Translations under genes and position numbers: made by a program
Shown: positions 37,793-48,700 of the stretch, one piece after another
Layout: each line of letters starts with the position of its first letter
Position numbering within the stretch: position 1 is the stretch's first letter
Source: Phycisphaeraceae bacterium
Lineage (GTDB): Bacteria > Planctomycetota > Phycisphaerae > Phycisphaerales > Phycisphaeraceae
Reading direction: 5' to 3'
NCBI GenBank assembly: GCA_963674705.1
Contig: OY771506.1
Span: 3,648,001-3,712,000, forward strand
Length of the DNA stretch: 64,000 nucleotides
Notes under the pieces: generated by a model
Databases searched by the model: none
What the model was told of the DNA's origin: nothing
The model's input: the letters and a program-made list of their open reading frames with translations, nothing else

Positions 37793-39048
37793 GTATGATC
37801 CGCGCCCCGTTTGCATTGATGGCGTTCTTTACACAGAGCGTGTTGCTTGCGTTGGGGCAGATCTGGTCGAACAAGGTGCGTTCGTTGCTGACGACGATGG
37901 GGATCATCATCGGTGTGGCGTCGGTGACGGCGGTGATCGCGGCGCTATCGGGTATGAAGGCGAACATCCTCGCGGACTTCGAGGTGATCGGGAACAACAA
38001 GATATTTGTGCAGGCATGGCGCCCTCAGACGGGGCGATTCCGGCATGCATCGTGGCGCAGCATCCAGTTCGTCCCCAGTGATTTTGACGGGCTGCTGGAG
38101 CATTGCCCGTCGGTCGAGACGTTTACGCGCATCACGGGGTACAACGCCGCGGTGACTTTTGGCGAGCGTTCGATCGAATCGGCGCGGGTGTCGGGGATCG
38201 AGCCGGCGTGGCATGATATGGAGAACCGGTTTGTCATGATGGGCCGGCCTTTCAATCTTGTCGATGAAGAAGGGGCGCGTAATGTCTGTTTGATCAGCGA
38301 GAAGACGCGCGATGAGTTAAGGTTGAACCGCGATTGTGTGGGCCAGTCGATTTATCTTGATAATGTGCGGTTCCTGATCGTAGGTGTGGTGGACCCGCCG
38401 CGTGAATTTTCGATGATCGGCGGGGGTGGGCCTGACCATGAGATATTCATCCCGTTTACGACGTGCTGGAAACGGTACCAGGGATGGATGGTGGTGTTGC
38501 TGGACGCGGTGAAGCCCGAGATGTCGGATGATGCGCGTGCGGAGATCCGGTTTTTCCTGAGGCGATCGCGTGAGCTTAGACCGGATGATGAGGACACGTT
38601 CCGGATCGAGGCGGTGGAAGCGTTCGTGCAGATCTTCAGCAAGGTCGCCAGCGGGATCACGATGGTGGCGGGCGGGATCGTAAGCATTTCGCTGCTGGTC
38701 GGCGGGGTGGGGATCATGAACATCATGCTGGTATCTGTTTCGGAAAGGACGCGCGAGATCGGTCTGCGCAAGGCGGTCGGTGCGACGCCGACAGCGATCC
38801 TTTTGCAATTCCTGATTGAAGCGATCACGTTGTGTTCGGTCGGCGGTTTGCTCGGGCTGGCGGGCGGGCAGATATTGACGGTGATCATGGGGATGATCCC
38901 TGCTGCGAACCTGGAGCGTGCGTATATCCCGATCTGGGCGATGGTCATATCGATCGGTTTCTCGGCGTTGGTCGGCGTGTTCTTCGGCATGTTCCCCGCG
39001 GTGAAGGCGGCGAGGCTGGACCCCATCGAGGCATTGCGACATGAATAG
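37789..39048 (+). CDS. MacB/FtsX-type ABC permease
   Basis: RSLLTTMGIIIGVASV, VGGVGIMNIMLVSVSERTREIGLRKAVGA, PAVKAARLDPIEALRHE. Confidence 0.95.
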   Translation: MSMIRAPFALMAFFTQSVLLALGQIWSNKVRSLLTTMGIIIGVASVTAVIAALSGMKANILADFEVIGNNKIFVQAWRPQTGRFRHASWRSIQFVPSDFDGLLEHCPSVETFTRITGYNAAVTFGERSIESARVSGIEPAWHDMENRFVMMGRPFNLVDEEGARNVCLISEKTRDELRLNRDCVGQSIYLDNVRFLIVGVVDPPREFSMIGGGGPDHEIFIPFTTCWKRYQGWMVVLLDAVKPEMSDDARAEIRFFLRRSRELRPDDEDTFRIEAVEAFVQIFSKVASGITMVAGGIVSISLLVGGVGIMNIMLVSVSERTREIGLRKAVGATPTAILLQFLIEAITLCSVGGLLGLAGGQILTVIMGMIPAANLERAYIPIWAMVISIGFSALVGVFFGMFPAVKAARLDPIEALRHE

Positions 39049-40675
39049 AAAGCGTTATCTGGGACAACTTGCTTTGCTTACCGTAACATCGGCGCTTTTA
39101 TGGAGCACGGGCTGCAAGGGGCCGTTTGATGACGATCCGGGATTAGCGGTCAACGTCCCGCCGGAGCGGTTCCGCACGATCGAGCCGATGCAGTTCGAGC
39201 CGTCCGAGGACCAGGGCGCGAATTATGAAGATCGTTACGGCAATCCGCCTGCGGAGATGCAGTTAACGATCGACGATTGCCGGGCGCTGGTGATGGAAAA
39301 CAACCTTGAGTTAAGGGTGCAGCTACTGAGCCCGGCGATTGCCCGACAGAGCATCACGCAAGAGCAGGCGCGGTTTGAGGCATTGTTCTACGCCAACGCG
39401 AGCATGATGAAAACCGATACGCCGACGGACACGCAGCTTAGCGGTTCGAGCGTTGAATCAACGAGTACGGACTTCGGCGTGAACCTGCCGCTACGCACCG
39501 GTGGCACGCTGACGTTCGATGTCCCGACCAACCGGACCAAGACGGATAATGTTTTCTCCACGTTGAATCCATCGTACACAGCCGACATGGTTATCTCGCT
39601 GAGCCACAACCTGCTGCGAAACGCGGGGCATCGCACGAACAGCCACGGCATCCGTGTCGCGCATTACCAGTCACAACAGGTGGAAGCGCAGACAAAGCTG
39701 GAAGTCATCCGCGTGGTTGCGGTGGCGGATAGGATGTACTGGCGATTGTACGCGGCGCGCAAAGAGCTTGAAGTACGCAAGCAGCAGCACGAGCTGGCGC
39801 TTGCGCAGTTGGAGCGAGCGAAGCGGCGCGTCGAACAGGGTGCTGATGCGCAGATCGAAGTAACGCGGGCAGAGGCCGGTGTAGCGGAGGGGCTTGAATC
39901 GATCATCATTGCGGAGAATTCGCTGCGCGATTGGGAGCGTACGATTAAAAGGATGTTGAACAAGCCGGGCCTGCCGATGAACAGCCAGACGGTGATGGTG
40001 CCCGCGACCGATCCGGACCCGGTGCATTTTATTGTCGATCCGAAGCAGTTGGTTGAAGCGTCTATGGCCAAGCGGATGGAACTGCTGGACCTGGAACTGC
40101 AACTCGCCGCCGACGCCAGCACGGTGGACTACCGACGGAACCAGAAGCTGCCGTTAGCGGCGCTTGATTACAGCTACATCTCCAACGGCCTGGGTGAATC
40201 CTATGGCGATGCGTTTGAACTGGCGAACCAATTCAACTTTGAAGATCACCGCGTCTCGATGCGTGTCGAGATCCCGTTAGGCAATGAAGCTGCGGAGAGC
40301 GCGCTACGCCGTGCATTGCTGACCCGCCTGCAGCGTTTAGCGACACGCGAGCAGCGCCGTGCTGCGATCGAGCAGGAGGTGCTCAATGCGGTGGATCAAC
40401 TGGAAGCCAACTGGCTGCGCATCCTGGCTGCAAGACAACGAGCGATCCTAGCCGGGCGCACGCTTGAGGCGGAACTGCGCCAGTTTGACCTGGGCTTGAA
40501 CACATCGACAGACGTGCTGGATGCACAAGCGCGCTTTTCCAATGCACAATCCGCGGAGGTGCAGAGCCTGGCCGACTACCAGATCGCGCAGATCGATCTG
40601 GCGTATGCGACGGGCACGGTGCTTGGCGCAGCGAATATCCGCTGGGAAGAGCCTGAGCCTGAGTTAGATGAGTAG
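39041..40675 (+). CDS. TolC-family outer-membrane efflux lipoprotein
   Basis: Lipobox-like WSTGC, ALVMENNLEL, helical repeats, QFDLGLNTSTDVLDAQ, DLAYATG. Confidence 0.9.
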   Translation: MNRKRYLGQLALLTVTSALLWSTGCKGPFDDDPGLAVNVPPERFRTIEPMQFEPSEDQGANYEDRYGNPPAEMQLTIDDCRALVMENNLELRVQLLSPAIARQSITQEQARFEALFYANASMMKTDTPTDTQLSGSSVESTSTDFGVNLPLRTGGTLTFDVPTNRTKTDNVFSTLNPSYTADMVISLSHNLLRNAGHRTNSHGIRVAHYQSQQVEAQTKLEVIRVVAVADRMYWRLYAARKELEVRKQQHELALAQLERAKRRVEQGADAQIEVTRAEAGVAEGLESIIIAENSLRDWERTIKRMLNKPGLPMNSQTVMVPATDPDPVHFIVDPKQLVEASMAKRMELLDLELQLAADASTVDYRRNQKLPLAALDYSYISNGLGESYGDAFELANQFNFEDHRVSMRVEIPLGNEAAESALRRALLTRLQRLATREQRRAAIEQEVLNAVDQLEANWLRILAARQRAILAGRTLEAELRQFDLGLNTSTDVLDAQARFSNAQSAEVQSLADYQIAQIDLAYATGTVLGAANIRWEEPEPELDE

Positions 40676-40692
40676 TGTGGCTTACGGCCTAT

Positions 40693-40777
40693 CGGGTGCC
40701 ACGTTTTGACCGCGCAGCGGCAAAGCGTGTTGGTCAGCGCACACTTTGCTACTGCGGAGTCAAAGTGTGGCACCCAT
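40693..40777. repeat. Inverted palindrome element (GGGTGCCAC...GTGGCACCC)
   Basis: Arms at ~40694 and ~40766-40775, with inner CACACTTTG/CAAAGTGTG. TCAAAGTGTGGCACCCAT recurs at 54906-54923. Confidence 0.65.
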
Positions 40778-40798
40778 TACGGTGGAATTGAGAATGCG

Positions 40799-41635
40799 CT
40801 AAGTCGTGCGTCGGTGGTTGAGCAAGCTGAATACTGCGGTGGTCAGCAGTAGGGCGGTTGCGGGTTCCGGGATTGAGGCATCTGTTGGTGGGGTGGCGGC
40901 GTTCCAGTCGCTTAAGACGATGTCAAGATCGTCGAGGCCGATGAAGCCGTCGTTAGAGGCGTCGCCGGTCAGGCGGTCGCCGAGGATGACGTTCTGGTTC
41001 CAGTTGTTGAGGACAAGGTCGAGGTCATCGAGGCCTACGAAGCCGTCGCCGTTGAGGTCGCCGTTGTGGATGCGCGTGAGGGAAGTAATCTCTGTTCGAT
41101 AGCCACCAGAATTCGGCAGAATCCACTTGTATTCATACTCGGAAAGCTGAGGAAGTTGATCAGGGATTTGAGTTGAGTTAAATACTGAATGGTCGAGGTC
41201 ACGCAGATGGATACTCACCGAAATGGCAGGTGGTATCGGAAGGGTTGGTGAGTATAGATGATCCGCATACATATCAAACAGATCGAAGGCAGGAATAGAA
41301 GGATCAAATGTGTAGTTGTCGTAGATCGAGAGTCGTGTACGAGAAGTGCTGTAAATCGTATGGTCTTGGAAGTATAATTGATAATAGATGCCCGGGGTGT
41401 CGTTATAATAATCTCGATAGCCATAGGACACGGCGGAATTCAAGTTCAGATAGACTGGTAGGTCGTCTCTATAGCTGAAGTATCCGACCATTGTCGAGTC
41501 AACCGAGGCCCATGGCGCATCGTCTACGACGGTTCCTTCGATTTTGTAGGTGAACACCTCGGCAGGTAATTGCTTTGTGTTTACTAAGCAGGTGATACTG
41601 GCGGTGAGTAAACAGAGTGTGGTAGAACGCAGCAT
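40799..41635 (-). CDS. Secreted protein with dockerin-like module and PEP-CTERM tail
   Basis: Signal peptide from MLRSTT; GDLNGDGFVGLDDLDLVLNNWNQ plus a second copy; SIPEP-TM-HRR. Confidence 0.82.
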   Translation of the reverse strand: MLRSTTLCLLTASITCLVNTKQLPAEVFTYKIEGTVVDDAPWASVDSTMVGYFSYRDDLPVYLNLNSAVSYGYRDYYNDTPGIYYQLYFQDHTIYSTSRTRLSIYDNYTFDPSIPAFDLFDMYADHLYSPTLPIPPAISVSIHLRDLDHSVFNSTQIPDQLPQLSEYEYKWILPNSGGYRTEITSLTRIHNGDLNGDGFVGLDDLDLVLNNWNQNVILGDRLTGDASNDGFIGLDDLDIVLSDWNAATPPTDASIPEPATALLLTTAVFSLLNHRRTT

Positions 41636-41756
41636 GTGACCCCCATTATTTATTGAGTGTGCTGATTGTATCATGCGGGACTGATATTTCGATGTGTTTC
41701 TTTGCACAGCGCGAGTCAATCAATCATTTTGGATCACGGCTGTTGGTGTTATAGCA

Positions 41757-41931
41757 GGGAGACCTGCGGTCAGACATTACGGCGGGGTCGGGAGACCCGC
41801 GCCGAGCGCTGGAGTGAACCCCATAAAGCCCGGCCATGGCATGGCCGGGATTACCCACAGATGGAATCTGTGGGCTTCGGGGGAATGTGTGGTTTCATCT
41901 AGATCCGCTAAGCCGCGAGCGGCTTTGGGGG
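41757..41931. repeat. Stack of dispersed palindromic repeats
   Basis: 41757-41808 (copy of 18842-18893); CCCGGCCATGGCATGGCCGGG at ~41829-41849; CGCTAAGCCGCGAGCGGCTTTGGGGG at 41906-41931 (copy at 63287-63312). Confidence 0.75.
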
Positions 41932-41971
41932 GCGGATCGAAAAGTTTGTTTTGGGTGGGTATGCTTAGCAT

Positions 41972-42430
41972 ATGGATTTTAATGATGCGGCTATGTTGGC
42001 GGAGAGGTTGATGGCGAAGCATGGGTTGCTTCGCAAGGGGTGGCGATTTCGGTTTAACCGGGGCAAGCGGACATTGGGGATTTGTGATTACACGCGCAAG
42101 CGGGTGGAGCTGTCGTGTTATTTTGTGGCTCATAATGATGAGGAGGCGGTGCGGGATACGGTGCTGCATGAGATCGCGCATGCGATCGCTGGGGAGAAGG
42201 CGGGGCATGGGCCGAAGTGGCGGATGGTGTGCAAACGGATCGGGGCGAAGCCGGAGCGGCTGGATCGGGAGGCGGTGATGCCGCAGGGGCATTGGGCGGC
42301 GAAGTGCCCGGGCTGTGGGGCGGTGCATCGGCGGTTCCGGAGGCCGCTTCTGGGCAGAACCTATATCTGTAAGAGTTGCGGTCCCAAGCGGGGGGTGCTT
42401 CAGTTCGGCATACCGCGTGAGGTCTCCTGA
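41972..42430 (+). CDS. SprT-like zinc metalloprotease
   Basis: DTVLHEIAHA (HExxH), GHGPKW, C-terminal CPGC...CKSC zinc ribbon. Confidence 0.88.
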   Translation: MDFNDAAMLAERLMAKHGLLRKGWRFRFNRGKRTLGICDYTRKRVELSCYFVAHNDEEAVRDTVLHEIAHAIAGEKAGHGPKWRMVCKRIGAKPERLDREAVMPQGHWAAKCPGCGAVHRRFRRPLLGRTYICKSCGPKRGVLQFGIPREVS

Positions 42431-42575
42431 TTGCTAACATAGGTCGTTTTGTCCGCGTTAGTTAAGATAGGTAAAATCGATCATAAAAATCAGGTAAGCA
42501 CTTGCAGAATCTGGGGCTTAAGTAGGCTATAACTGTCTGAGAGAATTGGGTTTTGCCTTGCCCGTGTCATAGGCG

Positions 42576-42584
42576 TGGTATACT
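42576..42584 (+). promoter_or_regulatory. Possible extended -10 element upstream of the giant adhesin gene
   Basis: TGGTATACT (TGn + TATACT). Confidence 0.3.
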
Positions 42585-42759
42585 TGACCAAAGGTATCCG
42601 GTCATGCGCGCGGGGCGTTTCGCGGACATGAACGGGTATCCGCCAACAAGGTTTTAGCGGCTGTGGGGGACCACGGACGGGATGGGCTGGGTGTTATCAC
42701 AGCCCGTCTATTCTTATCAGTACACATGGTTTGATTCCAAGCCGTCAGGAGAACGAAAG

Positions 42760-45700
42760 ATGACCAAGTCGACAAGCTCGCAGGGTTCGAAGCAGCGTTT
42801 TGGCAGCCGGCGTGCATACCGCAGGTGGCTGAAGCGACAGCAAAGTGGCGTGAGGACGATGTTATTTAGTCCTGACACACGGCAGGGCCTGGAGGCGCTT
42901 GAGCAGCGTGTGCTGCTTTCGGCTTCGCCGGTCTTCGAACTGTCGGACCTGTTAGCAGCCAACGGCGGCGATGGGTCGGAAGGCGTCGTGATCAACGGCG
43001 TATCGATCGACGACCGCGCGGGCGTATCGGTCAGCTCGGCGGGGGATGTGAACGGCGACGGTTATGAAGACATGATCATCGGCGCGTTCCGTGATTCGCC
43101 CAACGGCGTGGACTCGGGCTCCAGCTATGTCATCTTCGGTACGGCAAACGGGTTTAATCCAACACTGCAACTGTCTTCGCTGAACGGGACCACGGGCTTT
43201 AAGATCAATGGTATCGCGGCGGGCGATTACTCCGGTCGGTCTGTATCCAGCGCGGGTGATGTGAACAATGACGGTTATGACGACCTGCTGATCGGCGCGT
43301 TCTACGCCGATGGCAGCGCTGTTGATTCCGGCCAGGTGTATGTCGTGTACGGCGGGGCGAGCTTCTCTTCGACGCTTCAGTTGTCGGCACTGAACGGGAC
43401 CAACGGCTTTACGATCAGCGGCGTGTCGGCGGATGATCATCTTGGCTTCAGCGTCAGCAATGCCGGTGATGTGAACGGGGACGGTATTGATGACTTTATC
43501 CTGGGCGCATCGGATTCATCGCCAAACGGTGCAGCTTCGGGTACGGCGTATGTGATCTTCGGGCAGGACGGCGGATTCGGTAGCAGCTTCGATCTGACCA
43601 CACTCAACGGCAGCAATGGTTTTGCAATCGAAGGTGTTTCTGCGGACGATCAACTGGGTATCGAAGTCAGCGGCGCCGGCGATGTGAACGGCGACGGCAT
43701 CGGCGACCTGATCGTCGGGGCGTTCCTGGACGATACGAACGGCGGCGACGCGGGTGCGGCGTATGTGATCTTCGGCGCAAGCAGCGGTTTCAGTGCGACG
43801 TTTGATCCTTCGACGCTCAACGGCAGCAATGGTTTTGCGATTCTAGGCGCGGCAGCGGGCGACAACGCGGGGCGCGGTGTCAGCGGCGCCGGCGACTTCA
43901 ACGGCGACGGCTACGCGGACCTTATCATCGGCGCACCCGGTGCGGATGGTTCTTCGGCCGACTCCGGCAGTGCGTATGTCATCTTCGGCAAGGGCACGTC
44001 ATTCAGCAGCTCGATTAATCTGGGTTCACTCAGCGGAAGCAACGGGTTCAAGCTCAACGGTATCGATCTCGATGACCAGGTGGGCGTATCTGTCAGTTCC
44101 GCCGGCGATGTGAATGGTGACGGGCTGGATGACTTATTGATCAGCGCGGATAACGCGGACCCGAACGGCAACCGGTCGGGCGAAACGTATGTCGTGTTCG
44201 GACGCACTTCGGCGATGTCGGCGTCGATTAACCTTTCTGCGCTCAGTGGCTCAGATGGTTTTGTGATCAACGGCATCAATAGCGCGGACCGGTCGGGCTT
44301 GTCGGTCAGTTCGGCAGGCGATGTGAACGGCGACGGTTATGACGACATGATCATCGGTGCGTTCCTTGCGGACCCGAACGGTTCGGCATCCGGGCAGAGC
44401 TACCTGGTCTACGGCGGCGACTTCTCTGATGCCGTGACGGAAGAAGGCTCGCAGGTAAGTGATGCGATCACCGGCACAACGGGTGCGGACGTGATTGTTG
44501 CCGGCAGTGGTGATGATATCGTGGACAGCCGGGGCGGCACGGATGTGGTCAACGCCGGTCAGGGTGACGACGAGATCATCATCCGGAACCTGAACTTCAC
44601 GCAGATCGACGGCGGGCGTGGCACCGACACGCTGACGATCGATGGTTCGGGGATATCGCTCGATCTTTCGACCTTCACGCCGACTCAACTGAAGAACATC
44701 GAGGCGATCGACATCAGCGGCGGGGCGAACTCGGTAACACTGACCGTTGAAGACATCCTGAATCTTTCCAACAGCAGCAATACGCTGACGATTACCTATG
44801 ACATTCTCGGTTCGGTCAACTTCGGCAGCGGCTGGGCGCAGCAAAGCAATGAGACCATCGGTAACGAGCAGCATATCACGTACACGCAAGGCAACGCGAC
44901 GTTGATCCTTATCATCAAGGCTGATGTGATCGATCCGGTCGTTACGATTGATCCACTGAAGACGGATTCACGCTCACCGCAATTGACCGGTACGGTGTCC
45001 GACCTTGATCCGGACGTTGATATTGAGGTAACGGTCGATGGGATGGCTTACACAGCAACCAACAACGGTGATGGCACATGGACGCTGGCGGCCGGCGTGA
45101 TCACACCTGACCTGGCGGACGGTATTTACAGTGTGACCGTCACGGGTACGGATTCTTCGGGTAATGTCGGCAGCGATCAGACGTCAAACGAGCTGATCAT
45201 CGACAATGAAGACCCGGTCGTCACGATCGACGTGCTTGAAACGATCGAGGTATCACCCGTGCTGACGGGCACGATCACGGACCTCGATCCGGCGACGACG
45301 ATCAGTGTGACGGTCGATGGTGTTACGTATGACGCGGTGAACAATGGCGATGGAACATGGACGCTCGATCTGAGCGCAGAAACGGTTGTTCCTGAATTGG
45401 CAGAGGGGACGTACGAGGTATCGGTGACGGCAACCGATACGGTCGGGCATACCGGTTCAGACAGCACGACAGATGAATTGACGATTGACCTGACTGATCC
45501 GGTCATCACGATTAATGATCCAGGCACGGTGACCACTGCCTCGCCCGTGTTGACGGGGACCGTGACGGACGCGGACACGGAAGCGACGGTTCGTGTTTCA
45601 ATCGATGGTGTGGTTTACGAAGCCGTGAACAACGGTGACGGCACATGGACGCTGGACCTTAGTGATGAAGAGATCGCCCTGGTCCTGGATGAGGGCGATT

Positions 45701-48700
45701 ACGAGATCAACGCGGCGGCCATTGATGCGGCCGGCAATAGCGCAATGATTGATGCAACCGTCACGATGACGGTTGACCTGGCGCCGGTGGTGACGGTTGA
45801 TGTGAAGACGACCAGCGACACCACGCCGCAGATCACCGGTACGATCGACGACATGGACGTAACAGCGGAAGTACTCGTCACAGTTAACGGGACGCAATAC
45901 ACGGCGACGAACAACGGCGACGGGACATGGACGCTCGAAGACGACACAATAACTTCTTCGCTTGCGGACGGGGTGTATGATGTTTCCGTACAGGCGACAG
46001 ACAGCTTCGGCAATATCGGCACGGACACCACGACAGATGAACTGACGATTGATACGGCTGCGCCGACGGTGACGGTGGATGCGTTGATTACCAACGACAC
46101 CCGGCCTGAGATTACCGGTACGGTCAGCGATGCAGAATCGACTGTCAGCGTTACGATCAATGGAACGACTTATACCGCGACGAATAACGGCGACGGTACA
46201 TGGACGCTGGCGGATAACATGATAGGCATCGCACTGGCTGAGGGGATTTACGACGTCGAGGTGACGGCGACGAACCTGGCTTCCGAAGTCGGCACGGACA
46301 GCACGACGAACGAGCTGGAAATCGATCTCACCGCGCCGACAGTGGCTATCGACACCCTTACCTCGGGTGACTCCACGCCGACCCTGACAGGGGCGGTGAA
46401 TGATTTTGATGCGGAAGTCGTAGTCAACATCATCGGTGGGGAGTCGTACACCGCGACCAATAACGGGGATGGAACGTGGACGCTTGAAGGCAACACGATG
46501 ACGGAAGAACTCGCTGTCGGGACGTACAACGTTCTTGTGACGGCGACCGACGTAGCGGGTAACAGCGGGAATAATGACAGCAATTACATCGGTGTGTTAG
46601 AGATTATCGATTCACCGTTCACGCTGACGGTGGACACGTTGGAGACCAACGATTCAACGCCCGAAATCACGGGCACGATCGAGGGGGACACGACCGGTGT
46701 GACGATCACGGTCACGATCAACGGCACGGAGTACACCGGGGTTACAATCGATGGCAACACCTGGACGCTGGCGGATGGCTCGATTACCTCGGCGCTGGCC
46801 GACGGTGTGTATGAAGTGACCGCGACGGGTACGAACAGCGATCCGTTCTCGATCGACGACAGCACGATGAACGAGCTGACGATCGACACGACGGCCCCGA
46901 CCGTGACGGTTGATGCGCTGACAACGAGCGATTCGACGCCTGAACTGACCGGCACCGTCGACGATGCCTCTGCGACAGTCATGGTGACCGTCAACGGCAC
47001 CGAATATCAAGCCACGAACAACGGCGACGGCACGTGGACGTTGGCGGACGATACGATCAGCCCGGCGCTCACGGTTGGCACGTACGATGTGTCCGTCAGT
47101 TCCGAAGATACGTTAGGCAACAGCGGCTCGGACGCGACGGTGGACGAGTTGATTATCATCGAATCGACGATTGACGTAATCAATCTGGCGGACCTGCTTG
47201 CTGCGAATGGCGGCGACGGCAGCGAGGGCTTCGTGCTTAATGGTGAATCCGCCAACGGCTGGGCGGGGGTCTCTGCCAGTCTGGCTGGGGACATCAACGG
47301 CGACGGCTATGACGACATCGTCATCGGCGCGAACATCACCAGCCCGATCAGCTTCCAGGACGGCACGGTTTATGTCATCTTCGGTTCGGCGAGCGGGTTC
47401 CCGGCGGAGATCGAACTCTCGTCGCTGGACGGTACCAATGGTTTCCGTATCGATGCGATCCTGGCCGGTGAGAACCTGGGCGTTTCGGTCGCGACAGCCG
47501 GCGACTTCAACGGCGACGGGATTGACGACCTGATCATCGGCGCCAGCCACGCGTCACGCAACGGCAGCCAGTCCGGTTCGGCGTACGTGGTCTACGGCCA
47601 ATCAACGTTCTCCGCGAGTTTCGATCTGTCGACGCTCGACGGGACCAACGGCTTCCGCTTCGACGGCGCGGCGATTGGTGACCGCACCGGCTTCTCCGTC
47701 AACACAGCCGGCGACATCAACGGCGACGGGCTTGCGGATGTGCTGATCGGCACGACCAAGGCCGACGACGGTGTCTTGATCGACGCCGGCAGAACCTACG
47801 TGATCTACGGCTCGACTTCAGCGATGACCTCCGTCATCGAAGTTGGCGACCTCAACGGCACGAATGGTTTCATCCTCACAGGCGCTGCAGCCGGCGAGCG
47901 TGCGGGCTTCAGTGTCAGTTCCGCCGGCGACGTCAATGGCGACGGCTATGATGACATCCGTATCGGCGCGCCGGGCCTGGATTCCAGCGACGCGGGACAG
48001 ACGTATATCGTCTTCGGCCAAAGCGGAAGCTATGGCACGGAGCTGAACCTCGGTGATCTCGACGGCACCAACGGCTTTGTGATCCTCGGTGATCTTGCTC
48101 AGAGTTTCCTGGGCTACTCCGGCTCGGGTATCGGCGACTTCAACGGCGACGGCTTCGATGACATCCTCGTCAGCGCCCCGGCAAGCAACCTCGGTTCGGA
48201 AGCCGGCGCAGCGTATGTCATCTACGGCCACGGCGGCAGCTTCTCCGCTTCGATTTCGATCGCTGATCTGGATGGTAGCAACGGATTCGCAATCCTCGGT
48301 GATGCCGCCGGTGACCTGGCAGGCTTCAACGTCTCTGGTGTTGGCGATGTCAACGGCGACGGGCTCGATGACTTGCTGGTCGGTGTGCCGCAAGCCTCCG
48401 GCGGCGGTTATGAACAGGGCGAATCGTATCTGCTCTTTGGCGCGGCTACGGGTATCGGCGCCAGCATTGACCTTGCGACGCTTCCGGGCAACGGCGGGAT
48501 CGTCTTCAACGGGGTTGCGTCCTCGGACCACGCCGGGCGTTATGTCAGCATGGCAGGCGATGTGAACGGCGACGGTTTTGCCGACTTCATCGTTGCGGCC
48601 CGTGATGCTGATATATCAACCAACAACGACGCCGGGCAGATCTATGTTGTCTTCGGCCAGGATTACCTCGGCACCGCGACACAGCTCGGCGACGAAACCA

